A stretch of 64,000 nt of DNA from contig CAZABS010000001.1 of the NCBI GenBank assembly GCA_964483635.1, positions 16,692-80,691 of the forward strand. Direction: 5' to 3'. Below are positions 27,957 through 37,935 of the stretch, piece by piece. The stretch is from an uncultured Bdellovibrionales bacterium (GTDB taxonomy: Bacteria > Patescibacteriota > Minisyncoccia > Moranbacterales > UBA1568). The translations under genes were made by a program, and so were the position numbers. The notes under the pieces were generated by a model. It did no database searches, was not told where the DNA came from, and was given only the letters and a program-made list of their open reading frames with translations. How positions within the stretch are numbered: position 1 is the first letter of the stretch; every line of letters starts with the position of its first letter.

Positions 27957-30900
27957 CTAGTTTCGGAAACTCTTTCCCCGTGAGAAGATCCGAGTGGATG
28001 GTTGGGTATTTGGAAGCCAAGCCATGACGAGACCAGCCACAAAGAGAATAAAAGCAACACTAAGAAGCATCCTGAGACCAAAGAGTACGGATGCCGGGAG
28101 ATAATTCGAAAGTAAAGCAAGATATTTTTTTGTCCCTTGTTGTTGATCCAAAAGATCCTCTGAAGGATGCTCGAGCTGAATACTTGCACCAAAATACTGT
28201 TCACTCGCATCAAACACTGAAATTCCCCAAATATCAGCAAGCGCCTTCCGACTCGCATCGGTCGGTCGATATACGGCATTCAAAACCACATTATATACGG
28301 AGCCTGCAGGTTTCTGCGTATCAAAAATAATTTCTTTGGTTCCACTTCCACCAAGCTCCGTATCATCTACTTTCCAAGAGAGCTCAACCTTTGGCCAACG
28401 AGCATCTGTTGGCACGTCCAAATTCCCGAGAAAGTCAGGAATAAACTTCGCTCGAAGTTTCACTGAGGAGTCGGGAAGTGCCTGAAATGTATCTTTGCTC
28501 TCATCAAGAAAGGCATTTCCATCCGCATCGCGATACTGTCCAAGTACTTTCGGCCAAACAAGAGTTTCATCACCCGAAATAATTTCCACTGATGGATCCG
28601 TGATTCGGAACAGTCGAGAAAGTGAGATGCTTTCATTGGTCGAGGTACGCGCAGCAATCTTATTGGCCGTCACACTAATCGTTAGTGAATCACCCACCTC
28701 TCCCATAACTGGAAAGAAGGCGATATTCCCCTGACGATCATCAAAACACTGTGGAGAGACTTTCACATTACAGATGAGTGGTTTTCCATTAACGGTCCAG
28801 CTAAAGTTAGAATAGGTCTCCTTTCCGGTTGCCGCGTCAATTGGGTTATCGAGTTCAACAGCAATAATTTCATTCTTGAGCACTCGACACACTTTCGCTT
28901 CAAGTTTATCCAGTGCTTGTTTTGCGGCTGCTTCAGGATCTGCAGCTGGTGGAGCCGCCACATTACCACCGAGACAAATTTCTGTATCACTTCGACCCAA
29001 ACGTGCCACACTCCCGGTGCCCGAAGGAATCTTCTCTACATCCACCAAATACGCATGAATTTTTTCTGTCGAAGACGAAAAACGAATAATCACCGAGCTT
29101 CTCCCCTTGCGCGTAACTCCAGAGGCTTCAAAGTTTTCTGCTGCATCAAGTCGAAAACGGAGATATCCGTTCTTATTGCCATCCAGGTACGTTGCAAGAG
29201 CTCGGCCAGCAAAGAGATCTCCGTCCCGAAGGTTCAGCTTCAATCGCACTGTATTTACCCCATTTCCACGTACCAGCGAGAGCAGTTTTCGATCATCAGA
29301 GAGTGCGTTGAGAGAAGAGGTAATGTTCACCCAGCCCGTCGTTGGATTTGCTGTTCCATTAGAAGAAAGTTCAACCCGCCAATCGAAGAACGTTTCGGTT
29401 AAATTCTTGGCGAGATTATCAATCGTTGCCGTGACTTCTACTGTATCGCCATCATCTCGTCCCGTGCCATCATTTTGTGGAAGATCAGGCGTTGAAGCCA
29501 GATGAAGTTCAAGATTGGTCGCCTGACCACCAACGGTCGGATCGATCAAATTTCGCTCGAGACATTTATTTAAATCGATATTGATGGTGGGAAACGTGAC
29601 ATCATACCCCTTGATTTTTTGACGATACTCACCTGTCCCCGATGCTTCACTCATGGGACAATTTTTCTTTGAGAAAGCCCACATAATCATTCCGGAAGCA
29701 TCAGCATGTTTCGTTGGATTCATTGATATTCCCTCAACTACCACCCCGACCATGTCTCCCGCGGCATAATTCCACCGGAAACGCGATTGCCCGAGTCCAG
29801 CAACATTCGCTTCATCCTTATTCCCATTACTCGCCGTACTTGGATCATTAGGGTCTGTCTGCCAAAAATTCTCCTCCTGGAGATTGAAAGATCCATTACC
29901 CGTCACCGCCCCAGGAGCATTTGGAAACAAGTGTTTGCACATTGGCTCCGCATCAGAACGATTTGATGCCTCACAGGAAGTCAAAACTGGCCCGCCACCT
30001 GAAACATTGAGGGTATCCGTCACACAAGCAGGCGTTCCAACATAACAGCTGGGGGTACCACCCGAACACGTTGGAAAACCAGCCAGCGCGTTATCAGCCG
30101 ATCCAGTCACAAAAGTATCTCCACTTACTGAAGCATCCCCACCAGTGCCGCCGCTCCCACCCGTACCACTTCCTCCACCGCTACCCCCATCGCCGCCAGT
30201 AGCTTCAGCATCAATCGTCCCAGGACTCACGGTCACATTCGTAATGAGACAAACCGGCTTTGCCGTACAGTCCACAGGGTTCCCACCGCTTGTATATCGA
30301 AAAGTAATATCTCCTCCTTCTGCGATTTCATAGAACGTCCCGTTCACAGAATCCTGGTAGTAGCAGTAATCTGTTTTGGAACGCAAATTATCACCACTCC
30401 CATAGGGCGCTCGAAAACCATCGTTATCATTATCAACCAGTCCATTGGCCGCATAATCAACTGGACCATCAAAATCATTGGAGGAAATGCTTCGCATCGC
30501 CTCGATTTTCCAGTCCTCCACAGTAATCTTGCTATCATTATCCCGATCGCACTGCTCAATAACGGCAGCTGCTGGACTATTACTCAGATTACAACCCGAG
30601 CGCTTGATATACCACGTGTAATACAACATGTCCTCAGAAGTGGTAAAAAAGGTGGGGAGTGCAATCGCGGTAATCTTTTCCCCCACAACAGGATCTGTCG
30701 GTGTAAACTGGATTGTGACTTCTGGCGCATTCTTCTTGAGATTCATCACATTGAATTGCTGCCCTTGTTCACGAACCGCTTCTGTATTGACGTTGTAGCG
30801 CTGTTCAATATCTCCCGCCACACTCGAAGCTGATGGCATCTTGAGCCCTCCTCCAAACAAACTGAAAGCAGAGGCTGGCAGTACTCCCTGAAGAAAAAAG

Positions 30901-30962
30901 ATACAACTGACGACACCACTGAGGATTCGCCACGTCATTTTGTGATGTGCTTGATGCATCAT
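27957..30962 (-). CDS. Large (~1000 aa) secreted surface protein with Gly-rich linker and C-terminal membrane anchor
   Basis: Signal peptide MTWRILSGVVSCIFFLQGVLPASAFS. GGDGGSGGGSGTGGSGGTGG low-complexity linker. C-terminal TM LLSVAFILFVAGLVMAWL. Start set at the internal Met to avoid overlap with the upstream gene. Confidence 0.6.
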   Translation of the reverse strand: MMHQAHHKMTWRILSGVVSCIFFLQGVLPASAFSLFGGGLKMPSASSVAGDIEQRYNVNTEAVREQGQQFNVMNLKKNAPEVTIQFTPTDPVVGEKITAIALPTFFTTSEDMLYYTWYIKRSGCNLSNSPAAAVIEQCDRDNDSKITVEDWKIEAMRSISSNDFDGPVDYAANGLVDNDNDGFRAPYGSGDNLRSKTDYCYYQDSVNGTFYEIAEGGDITFRYTSGGNPVDCTAKPVCLITNVTVSPGTIDAEATGGDGGSGGGSGTGGSGGTGGDASVSGDTFVTGSADNALAGFPTCSGGTPSCYVGTPACVTDTLNVSGGGPVLTSCEASNRSDAEPMCKHLFPNAPGAVTGNGSFNLQEENFWQTDPNDPSTASNGNKDEANVAGLGQSRFRWNYAAGDMVGVVVEGISMNPTKHADASGMIMWAFSKKNCPMSEASGTGEYRQKIKGYDVTFPTINIDLNKCLERNLIDPTVGGQATNLELHLASTPDLPQNDGTGRDDGDTVEVTATIDNLAKNLTETFFDWRVELSSNGTANPTTGWVNITSSLNALSDDRKLLSLVRGNGVNTVRLKLNLRDGDLFAGRALATYLDGNKNGYLRFRLDAAENFEASGVTRKGRSSVIIRFSSSTEKIHAYLVDVEKIPSGTGSVARLGRSDTEICLGGNVAAPPAADPEAAAKQALDKLEAKVCRVLKNEIIAVELDNPIDAATGKETYSNFSWTVNGKPLICNVKVSPQCFDDRQGNIAFFPVMGEVGDSLTISVTANKIAARTSTNESISLSRLFRITDPSVEIISGDETLVWPKVLGQYRDADGNAFLDESKDTFQALPDSSVKLRAKFIPDFLGNLDVPTDARWPKVELSWKVDDTELGGSGTKEIIFDTQKPAGSVYNVVLNAVYRPTDASRKALADIWGISVFDASEQYFGASIQLEHPSEDLLDQQQGTKKYLALLSNYLPASVLFGLRMLLSVAFILFVAGLVMAWLPNTQPSTRIFSRGKSFRN

Positions 30963-30963
30963 A

Positions 30964-31626
30964 CTAGGTACCAACAATGAGAATAAGAGCGTCCGCCAAA
31001 AACACAAAAAACCAGGAAGCTCCCCAAGATGCGAGGAGCGAGCGCGATTGATAGGCAATCAGCCCCGCCAAGGGAGAAAACAGGAGGAGCGGGATCATCG
31101 CTGGAGTCATATCATCCGTGAGAAAGAGAAACCCAGCGAAGAGCGCCGCCTGAATGAACACTGAAAAAAATCCAAACCTGCGGAGCCAAACAAACATGAC
31201 CAACCCTCGAAAGAACACCTCAATAAGCAAGGTAACCCATCCATTGAGCACCACTTCGTAGAGAAGAAAGAGGAAAAAATTTTCCTCAATTGACCGTGGC
31301 AAGTGTACCTCGTGAAACAACGGGGTAAAGTGCATCAGCCCAAATAAGAAGATGAGTCCCGAAACCAGTGCTATGATCGATCCGCCAAGCCCAGCCCAGA
31401 TGGATCCCTTCTGCAACCCAAGAACTGACCATGGTTGCTTTAGTATTATTTTACAATAAAGTAAGGGGAGTACCAAGAAGAGGACAGCACTTGCGATGAG
31501 ACTTTGAAAGACGGGATTGATGGTCGAGTGCTGCTCCAAGGATGGCAAGAACACCAACGTCGTCAAGACAACTCCACCGGTCACAAGAAATTCTTTACGC
31601 TCCCCGAGCCACTGTACCATATTCAT
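30964..31626 (-). CDS. CPBP-family (CAAX/Abi) intramembrane metalloprotease
   Basis: Polytopic membrane protein with motif 1 LLYEVVLNGWVTLLIEVFFRGLV (EExxxR) and downstream FxxxH-type residues. Confidence 0.7.
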   Translation of the reverse strand: MNMVQWLGERKEFLVTGGVVLTTLVFLPSLEQHSTINPVFQSLIASAVLFLVLPLLYCKIILKQPWSVLGLQKGSIWAGLGGSIIALVSGLIFLFGLMHFTPLFHEVHLPRSIEENFFLFLLYEVVLNGWVTLLIEVFFRGLVMFVWLRRFGFFSVFIQAALFAGFLFLTDDMTPAMIPLLLFSPLAGLIAYQSRSLLASWGASWFFVFLADALILIVGT

Positions 31627-31687
31627 ACCTTTCTATTATAGCGCATCTCTCGGACTGCTGTCTGCGTCCAATATCCTTTTATAAACC

Positions 31688-34600
31688 CTACTCTTCAATA
31701 TTCTCTCGAAATATCTCCAACATTTTTTCTTTCATCTTTCTTCTTTTTTCTATCCTCTCACCAAGAACACGCTTACATTCCTCAACTGTTTGTTGGTTGT
31801 TAAAAAGCTTCTCCGCATGGTTGATTGCCCCCTCTTTTACCCCCTTCTCTCTCATTTGCGCTATAAACATTTCCTTGGAACTATCAATTAGTCCCTGTTT
31901 CTCAATGAAGTTCCACATTCCATTGTCCATGGATGTCTGTTTCTCATCAACGAGATCAAGAAGCTCGCTCGCTCGATTCGCTATTCGAGAGTTTTTCTCA
32001 GGATCTCCCCCTTGTTGTGATTCTGCCATTTCGATTGTACGTATTTTTTCCCTTATTTCCTTTTTTATCCCTTCATCACGAGCATATTGCATTAACATTT
32101 GTGCATCTTTAATTTTCTGTTGAGCAGCCATGACTGGTTTTTCGCGCATAATTGAAGCTACATCCACGGGAGATAGGTTTTCATCCAGGAGATCAATCGC
32201 TTGACCATTATGTGTAATAAGATAGGCAGGGACTCCGTATTTTTCTGATATTTCCAAAGTACCCTTCATGTTTTTGAGTGTTTTTTTCATTTCCCAATCA
32301 AGATATTCATTGTAGCCTCCTCCATTGGTCATTGTGACATTCCCTTCTTTCTTGAGAGACGATATATAAGCGTATGCCCCAGAAACTTCTGGTTGCTCTA
32401 CCACAATCTCATTGGTTCCTCCATAAACTGCCGGATTGTCCTTCTTTCGTTCAATGGCCATGGACATATTCTCTTCAATACCGCCCTGGATAGTTGACTG
32501 AAGTGCTTTGTCATACTTTGAATATTTTTGACGCATCCCTTGGGTAATTGTCCCAGCATCCCCCCCATAAGCTGAAAGTACTCGGCCGCCACCCAGAATT
32601 ACACCAACGGGATAAAAGCTTTCCTCCGCATGTAAAGGTTCTTTCTCTCCCATTTTTCTCGTAAAGACTGATATTGTAGGCTGCACAGCCATAACCCCGC
32701 CAGCTCTTTCCAAATGACCCATTTTTTCAGATTCAAAAAGCGGGTTATTCATAGAGGTATTTCGACCGGGAACAGTTGTCCCATCGTTGTACCGCGTCAA
32801 TATAGGGACACCGTGTAAGAAGAGTGCCTTATGTTTATCAGACAACTGTTCTATATCTCGCTTTCCCGCAGCGATATCTTTCTGAAACTCATTTGCTATA
32901 CCTCGTTGGGTTGCATAAAATCCGCTAGCTATGGCTTGTTGCGATTCACGCGAACCGCCAGCCTTCCGTTCGATTCTCATCTGTTCTGCAGTATCGCGTC
33001 GCCATTTTTGAGAGTAATCTTTAGAAAACTGGTAGCCCTCATTTTGAGCACCCCGAGACTTGCCGAGATCTCCTTTCCTTGCATTTATGAGAGACTCCTT
33101 CTGTAGATTTTCGAAGAATTGATACTCTGTATTTCCCATGGGTTCAATACCAACAATATATTGGATAGGAAGACCATCAGGAACCTCAATGAGTTCCTCA
33201 CCTTTCTCTCCTCTGCTCGTCGCTGATCTGTGCTTATATCTCTCAAACGCCTCTTTCGAGATACCAATCACCACACCGCCGTTCTTCGAAGATTTTGTTA
33301 TTTTTCTTGCTTTTTCAATTTCAGCTACTGTTACTTGGCGACCTACCCTATTAAGCTCGCTTATAATTTGTTCATTTTCCATATCTGGAACAATGCGTGC
33401 CATAGTCTCCGCATTTGCATGAGGGTCGAGTCCCAAGGATCGGGAAAATGTAACTATCTCTGCGGATGCCCCTGCATAGCTCGATGCTCCCTCAAGAGCA
33501 GTATCTCCACCAAAGCCAACACGCGCTTCATAATCTGTTGTAGCAGAAATCGGAAATACCGAAATTTCTGGGTTTCCTTCTTTTGTCGTAGCAAGTCTGT
33601 TTCGCGTTGCGCCAGGCATCTTTCCGTGTTCAAGAAGATATTGAATAGTATCTAATGTGCATCCGTGGTAAGCAATAATATTCGGATCATTCAAACCCTG
33701 AGAAAAACCGTTTGAAAGAAACTGCATACGCTTGTTTTTTTCAGATGTGTTGGTAGAACTTTCATCTGTTAATGGCGCGTTGGGAGTTGCAGAATATGAA
33801 GGGTTTGATACTCCATTGGTCTGATCTCGGGATGTACCTACGTCTTGTGAGAATTGCGAAGACGCCAAACTTCCTGACTGCATAGCCACTGGAGGACTTA
33901 CCATTGAAGACTTCGCTTGATCTTGATTTGATTCAAGAGTCTGAGATGACTGTGGAACAGGATGGGCAGGAGCAGCGCTAGAAGTGATTGTGCTACCAGA
34001 AAGGGCTGTGTTACTCGACCGAAAAGCAGATTGCGTAGAAGGACGAGCTATCACGATATCACTCCCACTTACCACACGCTCACGTGGCTGCTGTGGCGCA
34101 TCGAATCGAGCGTCGTTGGCAGCTTGACCACGCATTTGAATCGATGCGTTTTGGGGCGCAGCTGGTACACCGGCTACCCCATCCATCGCCTTCGATTGCG
34201 GTGACATTCCTTGCCCGGGAAACGCTCGGGTGGGAGACGAGAGAGAAGCAGCCATCATGGCGTTCCCTAGTGCCATTCCCCCACGATTCATCTCCGGCGC
34301 AGATCCTCCTTGGGTCACTTTAGCCTCAGCTCGCATCGCCGTCTCTTGCTCGGCTTCCATCCGAGCCCGTTGAAGCTCGATTTGTTCTTTCCGAGAGAGT
34401 CCTCGCATGGTAGCATCGAGCTTGGCAAGTTCATCTCGGGCTACATCAGCCGCCTCTTTGGCCAAGTGACGAGCATAGAGAACGCACACCGTCGTAAATG
34501 GAATCAGATCAATAATAGGAACGATATCTAATAGACTGACGAAAAAGAAAAGCACTCGCATCTTCCATTTTCCTCGACCCCACATGAAGATAAAAAGGTA

Positions 34601-34831
34601 GACGGCAATTGGAAAGCTTAAGAGAATATCAAGGACTTGTCCGACAATGGGAATATCCGAGATCGGATCCACCAATCCATCTTTTACAATCGCAACAATG
34701 AGAGGGAGCAAAAAAACTGAGAGGTCACCCTCTTTGACCCGTCTTCGAGCATCAAAAGCAAGCTTCGTAGCAAGCTTCAATCGCTCGGTTTGACTTCCTC
34801 TCACAAACTTCGTCACCTGCTCAAGCTCCAT
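31688..34831 (-). CDS. Large (1047 aa) membrane-anchored hypothetical protein of the T4SS-like cluster
   Basis: N-terminal TM helices (LLPLIVAIVKDG..., IAVYLFIFMW...), a long low-complexity Ser/Ala/Gln-rich linker, and a ~650-aa C-terminal domain with no recognised motif. Confidence 0.55.
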   Translation of the reverse strand: MELEQVTKFVRGSQTERLKLATKLAFDARRRVKEGDLSVFLLPLIVAIVKDGLVDPISDIPIVGQVLDILLSFPIAVYLFIFMWGRGKWKMRVLFFFVSLLDIVPIIDLIPFTTVCVLYARHLAKEAADVARDELAKLDATMRGLSRKEQIELQRARMEAEQETAMRAEAKVTQGGSAPEMNRGGMALGNAMMAASLSSPTRAFPGQGMSPQSKAMDGVAGVPAAPQNASIQMRGQAANDARFDAPQQPRERVVSGSDIVIARPSTQSAFRSSNTALSGSTITSSAAPAHPVPQSSQTLESNQDQAKSSMVSPPVAMQSGSLASSQFSQDVGTSRDQTNGVSNPSYSATPNAPLTDESSTNTSEKNKRMQFLSNGFSQGLNDPNIIAYHGCTLDTIQYLLEHGKMPGATRNRLATTKEGNPEISVFPISATTDYEARVGFGGDTALEGASSYAGASAEIVTFSRSLGLDPHANAETMARIVPDMENEQIISELNRVGRQVTVAEIEKARKITKSSKNGGVVIGISKEAFERYKHRSATSRGEKGEELIEVPDGLPIQYIVGIEPMGNTEYQFFENLQKESLINARKGDLGKSRGAQNEGYQFSKDYSQKWRRDTAEQMRIERKAGGSRESQQAIASGFYATQRGIANEFQKDIAAGKRDIEQLSDKHKALFLHGVPILTRYNDGTTVPGRNTSMNNPLFESEKMGHLERAGGVMAVQPTISVFTRKMGEKEPLHAEESFYPVGVILGGGRVLSAYGGDAGTITQGMRQKYSKYDKALQSTIQGGIEENMSMAIERKKDNPAVYGGTNEIVVEQPEVSGAYAYISSLKKEGNVTMTNGGGYNEYLDWEMKKTLKNMKGTLEISEKYGVPAYLITHNGQAIDLLDENLSPVDVASIMREKPVMAAQQKIKDAQMLMQYARDEGIKKEIREKIRTIEMAESQQGGDPEKNSRIANRASELLDLVDEKQTSMDNGMWNFIEKQGLIDSSKEMFIAQMREKGVKEGAINHAEKLFNNQQTVEECKRVLGERIEKRRKMKEKMLEIFRENIEE

Positions 34832-34839
34832 AGAGTTCC

Positions 34840-36771
34840 TTATGCGTGGCTCGCGTCAAACTCCTTTTTGGCATCTTCGATTTCGAGAAGCTGACGTGGA
34901 TCAGAGGTGATAATCTGATCCTCGCTATAAGAAGCAATCACTTTGATGGCCGCATGCTTGGTTCCAGCGAAGAATATCCCCTCTCCGACATTTGACTCCA
35001 GAAGAAGAAATTTCTCGTGATCAGTAAGATAGAACGTCTCCGTCACATAATCAATTGATGAGGGTGACTGCCGCAGGAGAAGCTGCATCGAAGAGTTCGT
35101 GATAATTGGTTTCCCAAAACGGGACGACATAAAATCACTAATATCTTGGGTAATGGTGGTCAGCCCAGTATAGTATTTCCGGCAACGCTTCGCGATGCCA
35201 AAGAGGAAGGTAGCTGCCTCTTCGTTTTGCATCATTACCCACGCCTCATCCACTACAATAATGCGCTTCTTCATTTCAGAGCGGATGGTGTTCCAGATGT
35301 ACTGGAGGACTATATACATAGCAATTGGACGCAGCTCTTCCTCAAGATCACGGATATTAAAAACAACGAGCTGATTTTTTGTTTCAACATTCGTCTGATG
35401 ATTGAGAAATCCCGAAAATATACCAGTTGTGTAACGCTCCAATCGAGCCGCTAATGATTCTGCCCCTTCCATATTCTTCAGTACCGCGTAGAGATCAGAC
35501 ATGGTTGGAAACGAACTCGCAGTAAGATTGACGAAATTTCCGTCTTCCTGAATATCTCTTACGGCATACGTCTCACGGATTGCCTGATCGAGAATCGAAT
35601 CTTCCTCGGGAGTCACTGCGCCGAGCATAATATGCAAAAGCCCAATCAGGTTGGCCACCGAATTCCGATAGATTCCTTCGTCATCATCCTCACCACTCAT
35701 GTTGGGCAAATCAAATGGGTTGAGGTGAACATCTGAATTCAGCGAGATCTTCATGAATGACCCCCCCACGGTTTCACAGAGATGTTTGTACTCGTTTTCT
35801 GGATCGATAATAATTACATCTGTCCCCATCATGAGCGAACGGAGAACCTCGAGCTTTACCGTATAACTTTTTCCGGCACCGGACTTCGCGAAGACCACCA
35901 TGTTGGCGTTTTCCATTTTGAACCGATCAAACAACACCAGTGAGTTATTGTGACGGTTAATCCCATATAAAATCCCCTCATTTGAAGAGAGATCCGAAGA
36001 AACAAACGGAAAGGTTGTCGAGAGTGGTTCCGTATTGAGATTGTTGGCAACATCAAGCGTATCAGTCGCGAGAGGGCGAGTCGCTTGGAATCCAGCATCC
36101 ATCCGCAGTACCGCTGGCTTCGTATAGACGAGTTGAGCCTCGAGAAGTGCCGAAACCGATTGCGTTTTTTGATTTAAATCCCGTTCATCCGAACCATAGA
36201 TCATCATATAAATTCCGAAGCGAAAGAACTTTTCGGTTCCTTGTTGGAGCTTGTCGCGTAAACCTTCTATATCCTGGATGGCTGTTTCAAGAACCGGATC
36301 ACGGATTTTCCCCTCCTCAGCTTCAATAGTCATTTGAGACTGAACTTGTGTAGCCGATTTTCGTAAATTCTTGAGAATTTCTCCGGTCTCGATAGGATGG
36401 ATGAAGAGAGCCGTGTCCATCGGAAAATCCAGATTGATGATGGGAGAAAACCAGTTGGTCGAAAGATACCGAGGGTACGCAATGATAAAGAGACAGCGAG
36501 CCAAAACTTCACCAACCTGAATATTGGTTGGAGATAACCGAATGGCCGGTGGAGCGATAAGATCCTTGATGGTAGCCAATCCTTTCTGATATAGCGCATC
36601 GCTATTATTGGCACCTGAGCGTTCCTCAGTTTCATGATGGAGAATACGATCCATCAACCCCGTTGAAACTTTCTTGGGATCCTCTGGTTTTTTGGCCGCG
36701 CGTGACACCACCGACTCAACCGCTCGAGCCTTTTCCTCGTCATCGTTAAAAATAACTAGTTTTTCTTTCAT
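34840..36771 (-). CDS. VirB4/TraE-type conjugation/T4SS ATPase (C-terminal ATPase part)
   Basis: Walker A VVFAKSGAGKSYT, Walker B RIIVVDEAW, TTITQD and overall VirB4-like order. Length 643 aa. Confidence 0.85.
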   Translation of the reverse strand: MKEKLVIFNDDEEKARAVESVVSRAAKKPEDPKKVSTGLMDRILHHETEERSGANNSDALYQKGLATIKDLIAPPAIRLSPTNIQVGEVLARCLFIIAYPRYLSTNWFSPIINLDFPMDTALFIHPIETGEILKNLRKSATQVQSQMTIEAEEGKIRDPVLETAIQDIEGLRDKLQQGTEKFFRFGIYMMIYGSDERDLNQKTQSVSALLEAQLVYTKPAVLRMDAGFQATRPLATDTLDVANNLNTEPLSTTFPFVSSDLSSNEGILYGINRHNNSLVLFDRFKMENANMVVFAKSGAGKSYTVKLEVLRSLMMGTDVIIIDPENEYKHLCETVGGSFMKISLNSDVHLNPFDLPNMSGEDDDEGIYRNSVANLIGLLHIMLGAVTPEEDSILDQAIRETYAVRDIQEDGNFVNLTASSFPTMSDLYAVLKNMEGAESLAARLERYTTGIFSGFLNHQTNVETKNQLVVFNIRDLEEELRPIAMYIVLQYIWNTIRSEMKKRIIVVDEAWVMMQNEEAATFLFGIAKRCRKYYTGLTTITQDISDFMSSRFGKPIITNSSMQLLLRQSPSSIDYVTETFYLTDHEKFLLLESNVGEGIFFAGTKHAAIKVIASYSEDQIITSDPRQLLEIEDAKKEFDASHA

Positions 36772-37460
36772 ACATTCGATTGAAGCTCTATGGATGAGAT
36801 GTTTTTCACTATCGAGGTTGTAAAGAGCGAAGGATTGTAACTATTATAGAGGAGCTCAATCACTTCTTCGGTACCGAGTAGCGTTGCTCTGATTCCAGTG
36901 GGAGTCAGCGCCGCCATAACATGTTCGACACGCTGGAGGAGCTGTGTTCGATAGGTGTCAAATTGTTCTTCCTGAAGACCTACCGTTTGTTTTTGATGAA
37001 AGATGTCTGTGATTTTCTGAAAAAATCCGCCTTGTTCATTTTCTACCGGAGAGAACGGTACGACAACATAAAAAAACTTTGACATAATATTTGAAACTTC
37101 GGTAAGATTTTTTATAAAATCGCGATACTCACCGATTTGGAATCGCAAGAGTTCGTTGGTTTGTTGCGCTTCACGATTCTTCAAGAGTGAGAGATATGGA
37201 TCAATATTGAAACGTCTGGATTGAACAACAATCTGAACTGGAAAATCCAAAGAGTTCAAAAAGTTTTGGTACTGAGCAATAATCGCATCTTGTTCCTCGC
37301 TTGATTTCAAATCAAAGTTAATCGACGAGACCAAAAGTACTGAGCGGAGCGCGCCACTTTTGAGAACAATTACGCCCTCGCGGATTTCTTCAACGTCCAC
37401 ATACCGCTGAGTACTTGCCGCGCCGGTCTTCTTTTTTGGAGTGAGGAGTTCTGTCAGCAT
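36768..37460 (-). CDS. VirB4 N-terminal domain-like protein, separate ORF overlapping the ATPase start by 4 bp
   Basis: RYVDVEEIREGVIVLKSGALRSVLLVSSINFDLKSSEEQDAIIAQYQNFLNSLDFPVQIVVQSRRFNIDPYL matches the N-terminal region of Gram-positive VirB4 homologues (TrsE/PrgJ type). Confidence 0.5.
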   Translation of the reverse strand: MLTELLTPKKKTGAASTQRYVDVEEIREGVIVLKSGALRSVLLVSSINFDLKSSEEQDAIIAQYQNFLNSLDFPVQIVVQSRRFNIDPYLSLLKNREAQQTNELLRFQIGEYRDFIKNLTEVSNIMSKFFYVVVPFSPVENEQGGFFQKITDIFHQKQTVGLQEEQFDTYRTQLLQRVEHVMAALTPTGIRATLLGTEEVIELLYNSYNPSLFTTSIVKNISSIELQSNV

Positions 37461-37462
37461 AT

Positions 37463-37867
37463 TTATATTCGTCCGTGTTGATCAACGATATTCGCCAAAC
37501 GCCGGAGCTCTTCTAGAGTAACACGTTTCTCTTTTGGTTGGATATCGGCTTTGACTATCGGCTCAACGACTTTTTTCGGTAACTTGCTCACCGGACGTTC
37601 CCACAGTGCCAGTTTTGGTCGAAAAAGGAACAGAAATGCATAAGCTACGTAGACGATAAGCGGCTGATTGTGTGGTCGATAAAACGCAAGGGCAACAAAG
37701 AGAAGAATTACTGGAACAGCGATCACCATAAAAAGGCTCTTCTCTACCACATTGAAGAGTACAAGCAGTACTGCCCCTAATCCGATCATCCACAGCAGTT
37801 GGCGCCAAGTCAGCGGGCCTGCGATCTTGTCCTCGACATCGATAAATTGTGGGACATTGAACATCAT
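37463..37867 (-). CDS. VirB3/PrgI-like small membrane protein
   Basis: Two TM helices (LLWMIGLGAVLLVLFNVV; MVIAVPVILLFVALAF) in a ~135-aa protein immediately upstream of VirB4, the usual VirB3 position. Confidence 0.45.
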   Translation of the reverse strand: MMFNVPQFIDVEDKIAGPLTWRQLLWMIGLGAVLLVLFNVVEKSLFMVIAVPVILLFVALAFYRPHNQPLIVYVAYAFLFLFRPKLALWERPVSKLPKKVVEPIVKADIQPKEKRVTLEELRRLANIVDQHGRI

Positions 37868-37935
37868 AGCAAGAGAAATACTTTGAAATGAAACTCGCAC
37901 GCGTTCTCCATCAAACCACACTGAGCCGACTTGCC

